From Eledone cirrhosa (Eukaryota): a stretch of DNA of 64,000 nucleotides. Location of the stretch: contig OZ024753.1 of assembly GCA_964016885.1 (NCBI GenBank), positions 4,340,001-4,404,000 on the forward strand, written 5' to 3'. Positions 1 through 17,598 of this stretch are shown here, in pieces (position 1 is the stretch's first letter; every line of letters starts with the position of its first letter). The notes beneath the pieces were generated by a model. The model was not told where the DNA came from and did not search any database. It saw only the letters and a program-made list of their open reading frames with translations. The translations under genes and the position numbers were made by a program.

Positions 1-694
1 AGAATCGCATTTTTTCCGATTTAGATACTATCATAAAATATATACTATATGACTAGGAATATATCTAGGAAAGGATGAAAGGAAATTGATACAATATGTT
101 TACACAACTGTTTACATTTCAAAGGCGAAAATGCGTATGAAAAGAGGCTCGGTAGACGGTGACGGATGTGAAAAATAATAAAATGATAGGTAAAAAACAA
201 AGCGACCTCTATATGTTCAGTACATGATTTAACTGAAAGATAATGACACGGATAAATAGAATTTCCCGATAAAAATCCAAAGTTTCCCTGTTAGGAACTG
301 TTAAAATCACGTAATATTGAATAATATTAAATATAAGCAGTGTGTATTCTGAGATATGAAAGTAGTAGACATTTATAAGGTAACTCCCAGATGCCTTTTA
401 CAAGTATTTCTTTTTATATTGCATGAAATTGAACGATAGCAGGTGGATGACGTAACAGTTTCACATTGTTTATTACTTCTCTCTCTAACCCTATTCCCGC
501 GCTCTCTCTCTCACTATATAGTATTATTATTATTTATTCATACATCACAACAGACCTATCAACGCGTCTAGAATATCGCATTATATATATATATATATAT
601 ATACGTAGGTCCCGGGTTGAGTCGGGGATAACCACAGTAAGTAAGGTACTCAATACATGGCAGAGTAAAATTTTTTTATATTTTATAGAAGGAG

Positions 695-741
695 CTTCTA
701 CAGGACTAGTACTGTTTCATTCAGATGAAATCTTCAGGAAG
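695..741 (-). ncRNA. Type I hammerhead ribozyme (family A, inverted copy)
   Basis: Minus strand reads cttc CTGAAGA tttcatctgaat GAAA cagtactagtcctg TA gaag. Helix I is shortened to 4 bp by the fold-back junction. Confidence 0.6.
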
Positions 742-793
742 AGCTTCCTGAAGATTTCATCTGAATGAAACAGTACTAGTTCTGTAGAAGCTC
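741..793 (+). ncRNA. Type I hammerhead ribozyme (family A)
   Basis: gagcttc CTGAAGA t-ttc-atct-gaa-t GAAA cag-tactagtt-ctg TA gaagctc: 7-bp helix I, intact core, helix III cag/ctg with a palindromic ACTAGT loop, GUA triplet (predicted cut after 786). Confidence 0.8.
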
Positions 794-800
794 CTTCTAT

Positions 801-856
<56 letters not shown>

Positions 857-896
857 GATAAATATACAAGGGTGTGTATGATTGTGTATAGAAGAT

Positions 897-1268
897 TATA
901 TTAATAAAAGAAATTCCAACTTTGTCCGATTTGCTCGTTTTATTTACAATCCTTTAAAATTTATAATGGTATTATAATGAAATAGTATGATAGAATATTA
1001 AATGTTAAGTGTTAATTGAACAAGTACTTTCATGCTTTCGCAATCTTCAGGTTCATAATGTGTGGTGACAGTCAAGTTTACAATTTTCAACACAGTTGAA
1101 GATTGCGAAAGCATAAAAGTTGAAGATTGCGAAAGCATGAAAGTACTTGTTCAATTAACACTTAACATTTAATATTCTATCATACTATTTCATTATAATA
1201 CCATTATAAATTTTAAAGGATTGTAAATAAAACGAGCAAGTCAGACAAAGTTGGAATTCCTTTTATTA

Positions 1269-1272
<4 letters not shown>
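897..1272. mobile_element. Fold-back element with ~150-bp inverted arms (897-1049 / 1121-1272), probable Penelope-like pLTR pair
   Basis: ttaataaaagaaattccaactttgtc...gcaatcttca versus tgaagattgc...gacaaagttggaattccttttattaa, few mismatches. HHR at the inner end. (TA)n directly right and nearby left. Confidence 0.7.
1017..1055 (-). ncRNA. Minimal type I hammerhead ribozyme (family B)
   Basis: Minus strand: tgaac CTGAAGA t-tgc-gaaa-gca-t GAAA gtac TT gttca. 5-bp helix I, GAAA-capped helix II, palindromic AGTACT helix III, CUU triplet. Confidence 0.75.
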
Positions 1273-1299
<27 letters not shown>

Positions 1300-1341
1300 T
1301 TGCAAGGTTTTTGATATGAAATCGTGTGTCGAAACAAATAT

Positions 1342-1500
1342 TGTTATACTTGGGGAGGATCATATTGTAATAATATTGACAGAACACACTCACTGTCTGG
1401 TTTGTTTTCACTTCTGTACCTTTTATATCTCCATAGTTAATTTATTTGGCAATCAATGTTTATCATTGAGTGACCAACGGTTTAACAAACAGCTATAACT

Positions 1501-1537
<37 letters not shown>

Positions 1538-1950
1538 GTCTAACAAAGTTCTTTCGTTGCACATCTGCAACATATCAGTGGTACCATTATCATGTTCCTT
1601 CCTATTGTATTGTATTTTATTTATTTACTTATTTATTTTTGTTAACGTGCGTTTTAAATAAATAAATAAATAAACATGGCGTAAACATTACAATACAAGA
1701 GGAGGAAACATAATAATAGTACCACTGATGATGATGCAGATGTGCAACGAAAGAATTTTGTTAGAGTATATATACATATTTATATATGTAGTTTAACCGT
1801 TGGTCAGTCAATGTTAAACATTGATTGCCAAATAAATTAACTATGGAGATATAAAAGATACAGAAGCAAAAACCAATCAAACAGTGAGTGTGTTCTGTTA
1901 TTATTTCTGGCAATATTATTGCAACAATATGACCCTCCCCAAGTATAACA
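1342..1950. mobile_element. Older fold-back element with ~300-bp diverged inverted arms (1342-~1637 / ~1655-1950)
   Basis: tgttatacttggggagg...atctccatagttaatttatttggcaatcaatgttt versus aaacattgattgccaaataaattaactatggagat...cctccccaagtataaca. Each arm has an internal (TA)n and a degenerate HHR core. Confidence 0.7.
1720..1764 (+). ncRNA. Degenerate hammerhead-like motif (family C)
   Basis: tacca CTGATGA tgatgca-gatg-tgcaac GAAA gaat TT tgtta. The opposite arm gives helix II gttgca/tgcaac but has a core deletion. Helix I is imperfect. Confidence 0.4.
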
Positions 1951-4561
1951 GTATATATATATATATATATATATAGTGAGGGAGATAGTAAAGAGAGGGA
2001 GAGAGAGACTGAAAGTAAGCAGACATCATATTACTGCACCTTTCTTTCAAACATTGATATATTTGCCAACATTACAAACAGACGATAGAAACAAAGATTA
2101 CAATTTTGCCGTTAATATAAACCGGCATTTGTGTTTGTATTGTAAAAACGACCCAAAGCTATTCTCCCAATTTGCAAATAAACAACGCTGATATATATAT
2201 AAAGCATTCATGCATGCCTTTCCCTCTCCTCCTATACAAAGTTCTCTAGTTTAACTTTGTCATTGAATTACTTCACGTTCTGCTCTCTATCAGGACTGTC
2301 ATATTATTGATACATCAATCTGAAATCCATCAGGAATATTATCAACAGTTGTATTCAAATCATGAAACTATGTTGAAATCTCAGAGGGGCCGTCTTAAGT
2401 GAAAGAATAAAACTATAATACTAACCTAAGAATTATTTATTAGCACCACGAATGGTTGAAATTATAACACGTCTTCATGAACATCTGTTTTCTATCTCTA
2501 GGTATGGAAGATTTACATTAACTAATGTATCGTTTCTTCTCAAATATGAGAGGTGGTGATTGTGCTGATGGAGTGAATTCAGTTAATAATATTTCGAAAC
2601 ACTTATGTTGAAGAAATATATCGTGTGATCCGTTTTATTGATGTGGTAACTGCAACCACTGATGCTGTTTCTAACACTGTTGCTGCTGTTGAAATGTCTT
2701 ACAATACCTGTAGCGTTTCCATCCACATTGCAAATTTGCGCCTGGTATCGGTCGCTTTACAACACTTTGTGGTTGAGCATAACAATCTTACCTATTTTTC
2801 CGTATGTTTTTCGCAAAAATAACTTTTGTTGACATGAACTATTTATATTTATCTAGACAGCCGATATACACAGATGTTGCTTTTTCTAGCCTCACTACCA
2901 CTTCTGTTATTGCTGAATTATACTTCACGTCTTTTTTTCAATTTACAGCAGCGTAGCTGACATGTCTGGAAAACATTGTCAGCGCGCCAAGAGCAGCAAC
3001 GGATAAATATTTCTATATTTCATTTTAAAATAAAATAAAAGAAATGCTAATCTTAGTCGCGAAAAAAACAGCGAAAAAGATCATGAAAACTAATTAAGTA
3101 AATTATAGTTTTCTCCTTCATAGAAGTTCAAACAGCGACATAATAATAATCATTGATTTTGTTGTTGACTGATTTCTTAGATTCTCTGCTGGATCTTCGT
3201 GTTAAGAGATATTAGCTGTCACCATCTAGATATGAGACTACCTAAAATTAAGAAAACCCACAAAACTGGCTAGTCCAGCATGACCTACAGTATCGCGTAA
3301 TCAGATGGGATTGCATCCTAATTTAGAGATCTTGAGAAAATTGAGGGCGTTCAAGCGAAGTGGAGACACTTTAGCTCGGCAATCTGCTTTACCTGTTAGA
3401 TGATGAGGACGAAAGCGAGTAGCTGTTGCATCGTTTGCCAGGAGGAAACCTTAATTTAAACAAAGGATCAGTTGCCCGAAAGGAAAAGAAAGTGATTCAC
3501 AAAGTATATTGGTGGGGAATATATTTTTCTTTTTTTTTCTTTCTTTTGTAGGATCGAACACTGAGTGCTCTTGTCATATTATCATTACCGTGATACATCC
3601 ATATTTAGCTGGATTGTACATAAATGAGTACAATTTATAGTGAACGCTGTTGTTATAATCTTAATATTATTAGAATGAAAGGGAAATTGTTTTCGGGAGT
3701 GTTGGTAACATTCCTTACTTCATGAGGTGTAACAGATTTAATGAAGATTTAGAAGACTATTGTGTCATCAACTCTATAAATTAAATAATAGTTGTCCATA
3801 TAGGGAAAAATCAAATAATGTAACCATGTCAATAATTTGAACACTATTTGAACGGCCCTTCTCCTTTCCCTTTGTTTAGTTGACTTGCATCAAATCCAGG
3901 CATTTTTCGATGGTGATTTACCTGAGCCACGCTATGCCTGAGGTGCAATTCAGTTTCTAATTATACATGAAGCCTCTGGAGTTCTCTACTTGCTCATGTG
4001 TATGGATAGGGACCAAATTACATTTCTTCTAGAGGAAAATAAATTTAAGCAATCTGGACGATTTCGTATCACCACTGATAACTTTGAATACACTACTACC
4101 TACACGTGGTCCAACCTATTTACCGATACGAGGAAATTACATTTCGAAGTTTAGCAATACAGATTCCATTGACAACTGAATATATGTCTGAAGGGTATAA
4201 TCGTTATCTCATGAAATATTATCTGTAGTGCAGTGGTCAAACACACATGTACGCACACACACTACACAGACATATACACAAACACACACACAATATTATA
4301 TATATATATATGTGTGTGTGTGTATCTGTATGTGTGTAAGCCTAAATTCATTACACGAAAATCTGAAAAACCACACGCTCACCAGCTACTCAATACGTTT
4401 TCATTGTGGATTATTTCATACGTTTTATCTTTTACGGATGTTAGATTTACAACACGAAATTATCCCGCAGAGTAACCTTTTCCTCACATGGATCTATGAT
4501 GAAAGTGAACAATACAATGCATCACACGAAATAGATATTTTATAATGTTCGTTCATTTTGT

Positions 4562-5519
<958 letters not shown>

Positions 5520-5574
5520 ATAGAGGTGTAACACACAAGTTATGATATATTGGTAAACGGAAAAGAAAATGCTG

Positions 5575-5915
5575 ACAAATTGTTCACAGTGAAAAGTAGT
5601 TTAATTAGGAATAAGTGAGAATTAGTAATAGTATTGGTTAGTATTCAGTTTTGGTTTTAGGTTTTACCGGTTGTGCATTTCTAATGCTTTTCAAAAATAA
5701 TTTTGAGATAGAGCAAACATCACGGACGCTCTAACAGATTAGAGCAAACATCACGGACGCTCTATCTCAAAACTATTTTTGAAAAGCATTAGAAATGCGC
5801 AACCGTTAAAACTTAAAACTAAAACTGAATACTAACCAATACTATTACTAATTCTCACTTATTCCTAATTAAACTATTTTTCACTGAACAATATATTTTT
5901 CACTGAACAATTTGT
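5575..5915. repeat. Fold-back element with ~140-bp inverted arms and a duplicated central hairpin
   Basis: tagtttaattaggaataagtgagaattagtaatagtattggttagtattcagtttt versus aaaactgaatactaaccaatactattactaattctcacttattcctaattaaacta. The centre holds tagagcaaacatcacggacgctcta twice (period 31). Confidence 0.8.
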
Positions 5916-6330
5916 TTTTGGTGCACCCGGCCGATTAACCCACTCGATATGCAAATTGGGCTACTCAGCCGTTAATATGCATAAGGTAAGTATATACGTT
6001 CAACAATCTGGCAGGAAGGTATACGTTGCTGACGATAGCTAACAAGCTTGAAACTAGTACAGCGTTCCTTTGTCAGTGTTGAACAAACGAGCAACGGTGG
6101 TTGCTAGACACTACGGCTTAATACGGGATGTTTGTTTACAACCACACCGAGCATTATAATAAATGTTTGGTGAATCCATACGTGCATATATATATGTGTG
6201 CATGTATGTATATATATATATATACATACTACTGTACGTCGGTATACATATATGTATGTACGTGTACATACTTATATTTAAGTAACAGCCGTACTAAGAG
6301 TGGGAAATGAAATATCGTTTCATTTTTTCC
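5916..6330 (+). mobile_element. Diverged solo copy of the 466-bp HHR-bearing unit
   Basis: Colinear with the array unit: atatgcaaatt.ggct.ctcagccgttaat, gatagctaacaagcttgaaactagtaca, tgtcagtgttgaacaaa, ctactgtacgtc, tactaagagtg.gaaatgaaat. The middle part is diverged. Confidence 0.85.
6023..6065 (+). ncRNA. Minimal type I hammerhead ribozyme (family D, solo copy)
   Basis: acgttg CTGACGA t-agct-aaca-agct-t GAAA ctag TA cagcgt: helix I fully paired including one U-G, palindromic ACTAGT helix III, GUA triplet. Confidence 0.8.
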
Positions 6331-6336
6331 GTTTAT

Positions 6337-7228
6337 ATTAATATATATACATATATATATTAATATATATACATATACATATATATACATATATATACAT
6401 ATACATATATATACATATACATACATATACATATATATACATATACATACATATACATATACATACATATACATATATATACATATATATACATATACAT
6501 ATATATACATATACATATATATACATATACATATATATACATATATATACATACATATATATACATATATATATATACATACACATATATATACATATAT
6601 ATATATATACATATATATACATATATATACATATATATATATATACATATATATACATATATATATATATACATATATATACATATATATATATACATAT
6701 ATATACATATATATATATACATATATATACATATATATATATACATATATATACATATATATACATATATATATATACATATATATACATATATATATAT
6801 ACATATATATACATATATATATATACATATATATACATATATATATATACATATATATACATATATATACATATATATATATACATATATATACATATAT
6901 ATACATATATATATATACATATATATACATATATATATATACATATATATACATATATATATATACATATATATACATATATATACATATATATACATAT
7001 ATATACACATATATATATACATATATATACACATATATATATACATATATATACATATATATACATATATATACATATATATACATACATATATATACAT
7101 ATATATACATACATATATATACATATATATACATACATATATATACATATATATACATACATATATATACATATATATACATACATATATATACATATAT
7201 ATACATATATATACATACATATATATAC

Positions 7229-7265
<37 letters not shown>

Positions 7266-7506
7266 CATATACATACATATATATATATACTTATATATAC
7301 ATATATATATATATACATATATATATACATATATATATATACATATATATACATATATATATACATATATATACATATATATATACATATATATACACAT
7401 ATATATACATATATATATACATATATATATACATATATATATACATATATATACATATATATATACATATATATACATATATATACATATATATATACAT
7501 ATATAT
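6337..7506. repeat. Compound (TA)n/(TACA)n microsatellite
   Basis: Direct inspection. Confidence 0.95.
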
Positions 7507-7962
7507 GGTGGCTGCCAACTCGTTTTCGAGTACGGCCACTACTTTATATCCATGTAGGAGAACCCCTACCGATGCGCTAAACAAGTGTGACTTTTAGTCC
7601 AGCCAGCGACTTGAAAACTCTGGTACAAACACTACACCTGTGACAATTATTGACACAGTGTTGGGGCCTTGGTACCATGTGACGACAAGTGTAGAGAGAT
7701 CTCCAGATACAAAGCAATGCCTGTGCCGTGAAGCTTTTATAGTGAGCAAAGGCACTGTACAAAGCCAGTCCCACTCTCTTAACCCGAGTTGATATTTACC
7801 AAAAAGAAGAATAAGTCAACATCATTGGATACCATCAGGGTTGCAGGTGTTATATCAGAGTTTTCCTTCTCCTAGAATTCTGCCTTGACAAAGGCTAAGG
7901 GGTCATCTCTCCCGGTGATTTTGGATGGCCATTGACTCTTAAGAGCTCCTTTGCCCTTTTGA
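7507..7962 (-). mobile_element. 5'-truncated copy of the non-autonomous RTE-derived element
   Basis: Near-identical to 54935-55378. Minus strand encodes [15 protein letters not shown] (C2H2-finger relic) and contains ctaggagaaggaaaactctga, which resembles an RTE 5'UTR motif. Embedded in microsatellite. Confidence 0.75.
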
Positions 7963-11887
<3,925 letters not shown>

Positions 11888-11890
<3 letters not shown>

Positions 11891-12030
11891 ATTATTTATA
11901 AAACAGCTTATGTATTGTATTTTGTCTGAGGAAGGCATACCATATTTTTAATATGATATCCCAGAAATATATAAAATGAAATAAATATGGTTTTATAAAT
12001 ATAGTTTCCATTTGTTTAATATCGTACATA
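11888..12030 (+). mobile_element. Penelope-like pLTR fragment (family E) with hammerhead-like core
   Basis: CTGAGGA aggcataccatatt-ttt-aatatgatatccca GAAA tatata at ~11926-11972. Homologous to 18845-18973; inverted copy at 13785-13926. Confidence 0.6.
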
Positions 12031-12217
12031 TATATATATATATTAATATATATACATATATATATATATATATTAATATATATTACATATATATAATATA
12101 TATATTAATATATATACATAATATATATATTTAATATATATATATATATATATATATATTAATATATATACATATATATATATATATTAATATATATATA
12201 TATATATATATATATTA

Positions 12218-12249
<32 letters not shown>

Positions 12250-12285
12250 ATATTAATATATACATATATATATATATTAATATAT

Positions 12286-12403
12286 ACGTTATTCCGGGTT
12301 GAATCGGAGGTAACCACAGTAAGTAAGGTACTCAATACATAGAGTATAACAGTTTTAATATAGATGAGATTCTTACAGACTAGAACTGTTTCATTCATTA
12401 GAA

Positions 12404-12405
<2 letters not shown>
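12286..12405 (-). mobile_element. Diverged fragment of the family A element (3' half of HHR plus tail)
   Basis: Shares ccgggttga.tcgg...taaccacagtaagtaaggtactcaatacat with 612-658. Minus strand has tgaat GAAA cag-ttctagt-ctg TA. Confidence 0.7.
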
Positions 12406-12436
<31 letters not shown>

Positions 12437-12568
12437 TAACATATATATATATATTAACATATATATATATATTAACCTATATATATATATATATATATAT
12501 ATATTAACATATATCTATATTATATATATATATTAACATATATATATATATATATATATATTAATATA

Positions 12569-12613
<45 letters not shown>

Positions 12614-12655
12614 TATATATATATATATATATATTAATTAATATATATATATATT

Positions 12656-12689
<34 letters not shown>

Positions 12690-12787
12690 TATATATATAT
12701 ATATATATATTAATATATATATATATATATATATATATTAATATATATATATATATATATTAATATATATATATATATATATATATA

Positions 12788-12821
<34 letters not shown>

Positions 12822-12874
12822 TATATATATATATATATTAATATATATATATATTAAATATATATATATATATA

Positions 12875-13060
<186 letters not shown>

Positions 13061-13080
13061 TATATATATATATATATATA

Positions 13081-13114
<34 letters not shown>

Positions 13115-13195
13115 TATATATATATTATATATATATATATATTAATATATATATATATGTTAATATATATATATTAATATATATATATATATATG

Positions 13196-13229
<34 letters not shown>

Positions 13230-13248
13230 ATATATATATATATATATG

Positions 13249-13282
<34 letters not shown>

Positions 13283-13336
13283 AATATATATATATATATA
13301 TGTTTAATATATATATTATATATATATATATATATG

Positions 13337-13406
<70 letters not shown>

Positions 13407-13443
13407 AATATATATATATATATTATATATATATATATATATA

Positions 13444-13675
13444 AAATATTAAAAAAATAATGAATAAAACAATGAAACAGTTCCCTATATTAAACAAAAA
13501 AAGTTCATTATTTAACGATCGTTTCTAGGATATATATGTTAGAATTGGCATGCATATTCAACAGATCTATGTACAAAATTATACAATTCAAAATTATACA
13601 ACTATCAAATTAAATATACATACCAACACATATATATGCCGTCTTCAGAAATAATGAAATGAATATATATATATA

Positions 13676-13709
<34 letters not shown>

Positions 13710-13974
13710 TATATATATATATATACATGTATATATATTAATATATATATATATATATGTATATATATTAATATATATATATATATGTACGATATTAAAA
13801 CAAATGGAAACTATATTTATAAAACCATATTTATTTCATTATATATATTTCTGGGATATCATATTAAAAATATGGTATGCCTTCCTCAGACAAAATACAT
13901 ACATAAGCTGTTTTATAAATAATATTAATATATATATATATGTATATATGTATATATATTAATATATATATATG

Positions 13975-14019
<45 letters not shown>

Positions 14020-14109
14020 GTATATATATTAATATATATATATATGTATATATGTATATATATTAATATATATATATGTATATATATATGTATATATGTA
14101 TATATATTA

Positions 14110-14140
<31 letters not shown>

Positions 14141-14152
14141 TGTATATATATT

Positions 14153-14189
<37 letters not shown>

Positions 14190-14447
14190 TAACATATATA
14201 TATATATATATTAATATATATATATATATATATTAATATATATATATATATATAGATAAATCTACCAAGATAAACGGCATATAATTTTGAAGACGGCATA
14301 TAATTTTGTATATAGATCTGTTGAATATGCATGCCAAGTCTAACACATATATATCCTAGAATCGATCGTTAAATAATGAACTTTTTAAATTTTGTTTAGT
14401 ATAAGGAACTGTTTCATTGTTTTATTCATTATTTTTTTTATATTTTA
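13444..14447. repeat. Inverted pair 13444-13646 / ~14287-14447
   Basis: aataatgaataaaacaatgaaacagttcc...gttcattatttaacgatcg...ttggcatgcatattcaacagatctat versus atagatctgttgaatatgcatgccaa...cgatcgttaaataatgaac...ggaactgtttcattgttttattcattatt. Confidence 0.75.
13785..13926 (-). mobile_element. Inverted near-identical copy of 11888-12030 (family E)
   Basis: gtacgatatta...caaatggaaactatatttataaaaccatatttatttcatt...ctgggatatcatattaaaaatatggtatgccttcctcagacaaaataca is the reverse complement of 11888-12030. Confidence 0.75.
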
Positions 14448-14502
14448 TATATATATATATATAAATATATATATATAAATATATATAAATATATATATAT
14501 AA

Positions 14503-14608
<106 letters not shown>

Positions 14609-14635
14609 TAATATATAAATATATATATATATATA

Positions 14636-14691
<56 letters not shown>

Positions 14692-15061
14692 AATATATAT
14701 ATAAATATATATATAAATATATATATATATAAATATATATATAAATATATATATAAATAAATTGAAACAAAATGAAAACGAAATTTCATTTCTCACTCTT
14801 AGTATGGCACTTACTTAAATGTAAGTATGCATGTATACGTACATACATATATGTATACAGACGTACAGTAGCATGCACATATATATATATATATATACAT
14901 ATATACATACATATGCATACAGGTACACATACATATATGCACGTATCAGTTTAGCGGCGCTAACGTCGCTTTGTTCGTTTGTAAACAAACTGAACAGCCT
15001 GAATTTATGCCATACGGTGTTAAGGCAACCACGTCACCTTTTTGTTCAACACTGACACAGG

Positions 15062-15106
15062 AACGATGTACTAGTTTCAAGCTTGTTAGCTATCATCAGC
15101 ACCGTT
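15062..15106 (-). ncRNA. Minimal type I hammerhead ribozyme (family D)
   Basis: Reverse complement of aacggtg CTGATGA tagctaacaagctt GAAA ctag TA catcgtt. Confidence 0.85.
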
Positions 15107-15689
15107 TACCCATCTGCCAGATAGTTGAACGTTCGAAAGTATATACTTTCCTTATGAAAATTAACGGCTGAGCAGCCTAATTTGCATATTGAGTGAGTTA
15201 AATCGGTCAGGCATACCGAAAACGATAAATTGAAACAAAATGAAAACGAAATTTCATTTCTCACTCTTAGTATGGCACTTACTTAAATGTAAGTATGCAT
15301 GTATACGTACATACATATATGTATACAGACGTACAGTAGCATGCACATATATATATATATATACATATATACATACATATGCATACAGGTACACATACAT
15401 ATATGCACGTATCAGTTTAGCGGCGCTAACGTCGCTTTGTTCGTTTGTAAACAAACTGAACAGCCTGAATTTATGCCATACGGTGTTAAGGCAACCACGT
15501 CACCTTTTTGTTCAACACTGACACAGGAACGATGTACTAGTTTCAAGCTTGATGTACTAGTTTCAATTTATCGTTTTCGGTATGCCTGACCGATTTAACT
15601 CACTCAATATGCAAATTAGGCTGCTCAGCCGTTAATTTTCATAAGGAAAGTATATACTTTCGAACGTTCAACTATCTGGCAGATGGGTA

Positions 15690-15734
15690 AACGGTGCTGA
15701 TGATAGCTAACAAGCTTGAAACTAGTACATCGTT
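15690..15734 (+). ncRNA. Minimal type I hammerhead ribozyme (family D)
   Basis: aacggtg CTGATGA t-agct-aaca-agct-t GAAA ctag TA catcgtt: 7-bp helix I, predicted cut after 15727. Confidence 0.85.
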
Positions 15735-16155
15735 CCTGTGTCAGTGTTGAACAAAAAGGTGACGTGGTTGCCTTAACACCGTATGGCATAAATTCAGGCT
15801 GTTCAGTTTGTTTACAAACGAACAAAGCGACGTTAGCGCCGCTAAACTGATACGTGCATATATGTATGTGTACCTGTATGCATATGTATGTATATATGTA
15901 TATATATATATATATGTGCATGCTACTGTACGTCTGTATACATATATGTATGTACGTATACATGCATACTTACATTTAAGTAAGTGCCATACTAAGAGTG
16001 AGAAATGAAATTTCGTTTTCATTTTGTTTCAATTTATCGTTTTCGGTATGCCTGACCGATTTAACTCACTCAATATGCAAATTAGGCTGCTCAGCCGTTA
16101 ATTTTCATAAGGAAAGTATATACTTTCGAACGTTCAACTATCTGGCAGATGGGTA

Positions 16156-16200
16156 AACGGTGCTGATGATAGCTAACAAGCTTGAAACTAGTACATCGTT
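16156..16200 (+). ncRNA. Minimal type I hammerhead ribozyme (family D)
   Basis: Identical motif, +466. Confidence 0.85.
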
Positions 16201-16621
16201 CCTGTGTCAGTGTTGAACAAAAAGGTGACGTGGTTGCCTTAACACCGTATGGCATAAATTCAGGCTGTTCAGTTTGTTTACAATTGAACAAAGCGACGTT
16301 AGCGCCGCTAAACTGATACGTGCATATATGTATGTGTACCTGTATGCATATGTATGTATATATGTATATATATATATATATGTGCATGCTACTGTACGTC
16401 TGTATACATATATGTATGTACGTATACATGCATACTTACATTTAAGTAAGTGCCATACTAAGAGTGAGAAATGAAATTTCGTTTTCATTTTGTTTCAATT
16501 TATCGTTTTCGGTATGCCTGACCGATTTAACTCACTCAATATGCAAATTAGGCTGCTCAGCCGTTAATTTTCATAAGGAAAGTATATACTTTCGAACGTT
16601 CAACTATCTGGCAGATGGGTA

Positions 16622-16666
16622 AACGGTGCTGATGATAGCTAACAAGCTTGAAACTAGTACATCGTT
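16622..16666 (+). ncRNA. Minimal type I hammerhead ribozyme (family D)
   Basis: Identical motif, +932. Confidence 0.85.
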
Positions 16667-17087
16667 CCTGTGTCAGTGTTGAACAAAAAGGTGACGTGGT
16701 TGCCTTAACACCGTATGGCATAAATTCAGGCTGTTCAGTTTGTTTACAAACGAACAAAGCGACGTTAGCGCCGCTAAACTGATACGTGCATATATGTATG
16801 TGTACCTGTATGCATATGTATGTATATATGTATATATATATATATATGTGCATGCTACTGTACGTCTGTATACATATATGTATGTACGTATACATGCATA
16901 CTTACATTTAAGTAAGTGCCATACTAAGAGTGAGAAATGAAATTTCGTTTTCATTTTGTTTCAATTTATCGTTTTCGGTATGCCTGACCGATTTAACTCA
17001 CTCAATATGCAAATTAGGCTGCTCAGCCGTTAATTTTCATAAGGAAAGTATATACTTTCGAACGTTCAACTATCTGGCAGATGGGTA

Positions 17088-17132
17088 AACGGTGCTGATG
17101 ATAGCTAACAAGCTTGAAACTAGTACATCGTT
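17088..17132 (+). ncRNA. Minimal type I hammerhead ribozyme (family D)
   Basis: Identical motif, +1398. Confidence 0.85.
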
Positions 17133-17553
17133 CCTGTGTCAGTGTTGAACAAAAAGGTGACGTGGTTGCCTTAACACCGTATGGCATAAATTCAGGCTGT
17201 TCAGTTTGTTTACAAACGAACAAAGCGACGTTAGCGCCGCTAAACTGATACGTGCATATATGTATGTGTACCTGTATGCATATGTATGTATATATGTATA
17301 TATATATATATATGTGCATGCTACTGTACGTCTGTATACATATATGTATGTACGTATACATGCATACTTACATTTAAGTAAGTGCCATACTAAGAGTGAG
17401 AAATGAAATTTCGTTTTCATTTTGTTTCAATTTATCGTTTTCGGTATGCCTGACCGATTTAACTCACTCAATATGCAAATTAGGCTGCTCAGCCGTTAAT
17501 TTTCATAAGGAAAGTATATACTTTCGAACGTTCAACTATCTGGCAGATGGGTA

Positions 17554-17598
17554 AACGGTGCTGATGATAGCTAACAAGCTTGAAACTAGTACATCGTT
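17554..17598 (+). ncRNA. Minimal type I hammerhead ribozyme (family D)
   Basis: Identical motif, +1864. Confidence 0.85.

Larger units (their letters stand above)
602..807. mobile_element. Penelope-like (pLTR) fold-back remnant: near-perfect palindrome ~677-807 plus one-sided tail 602-676, between (TA)n tracts
   Basis: Arms tatattttatagaaggagcttctacaggactagtactgtttcattcagatgaaatcttcaggaag and its reverse complement meet at ~741-742 with one mismatch. Both arms contain a hammerhead core. A homologous fragment lies at 12286-12405. Confidence 0.7.

Noticed and set aside
3395-3430. gatgatgaggacgaaagcgagta hammerhead-like string
   Set aside because: C3 is absent (ATGATGA), with no helix III or helix I pairing. 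The region 3170-3480 may be an old RTE-UTR-like repeat but is too decayed to call.
13540-13650. Minus-strand CTGAAGAcggcat...atgcc as a hammerhead
   Set aside because: A ggcat/atgcc stem exists but GAAA is missing in both arms; at most a decayed relic.
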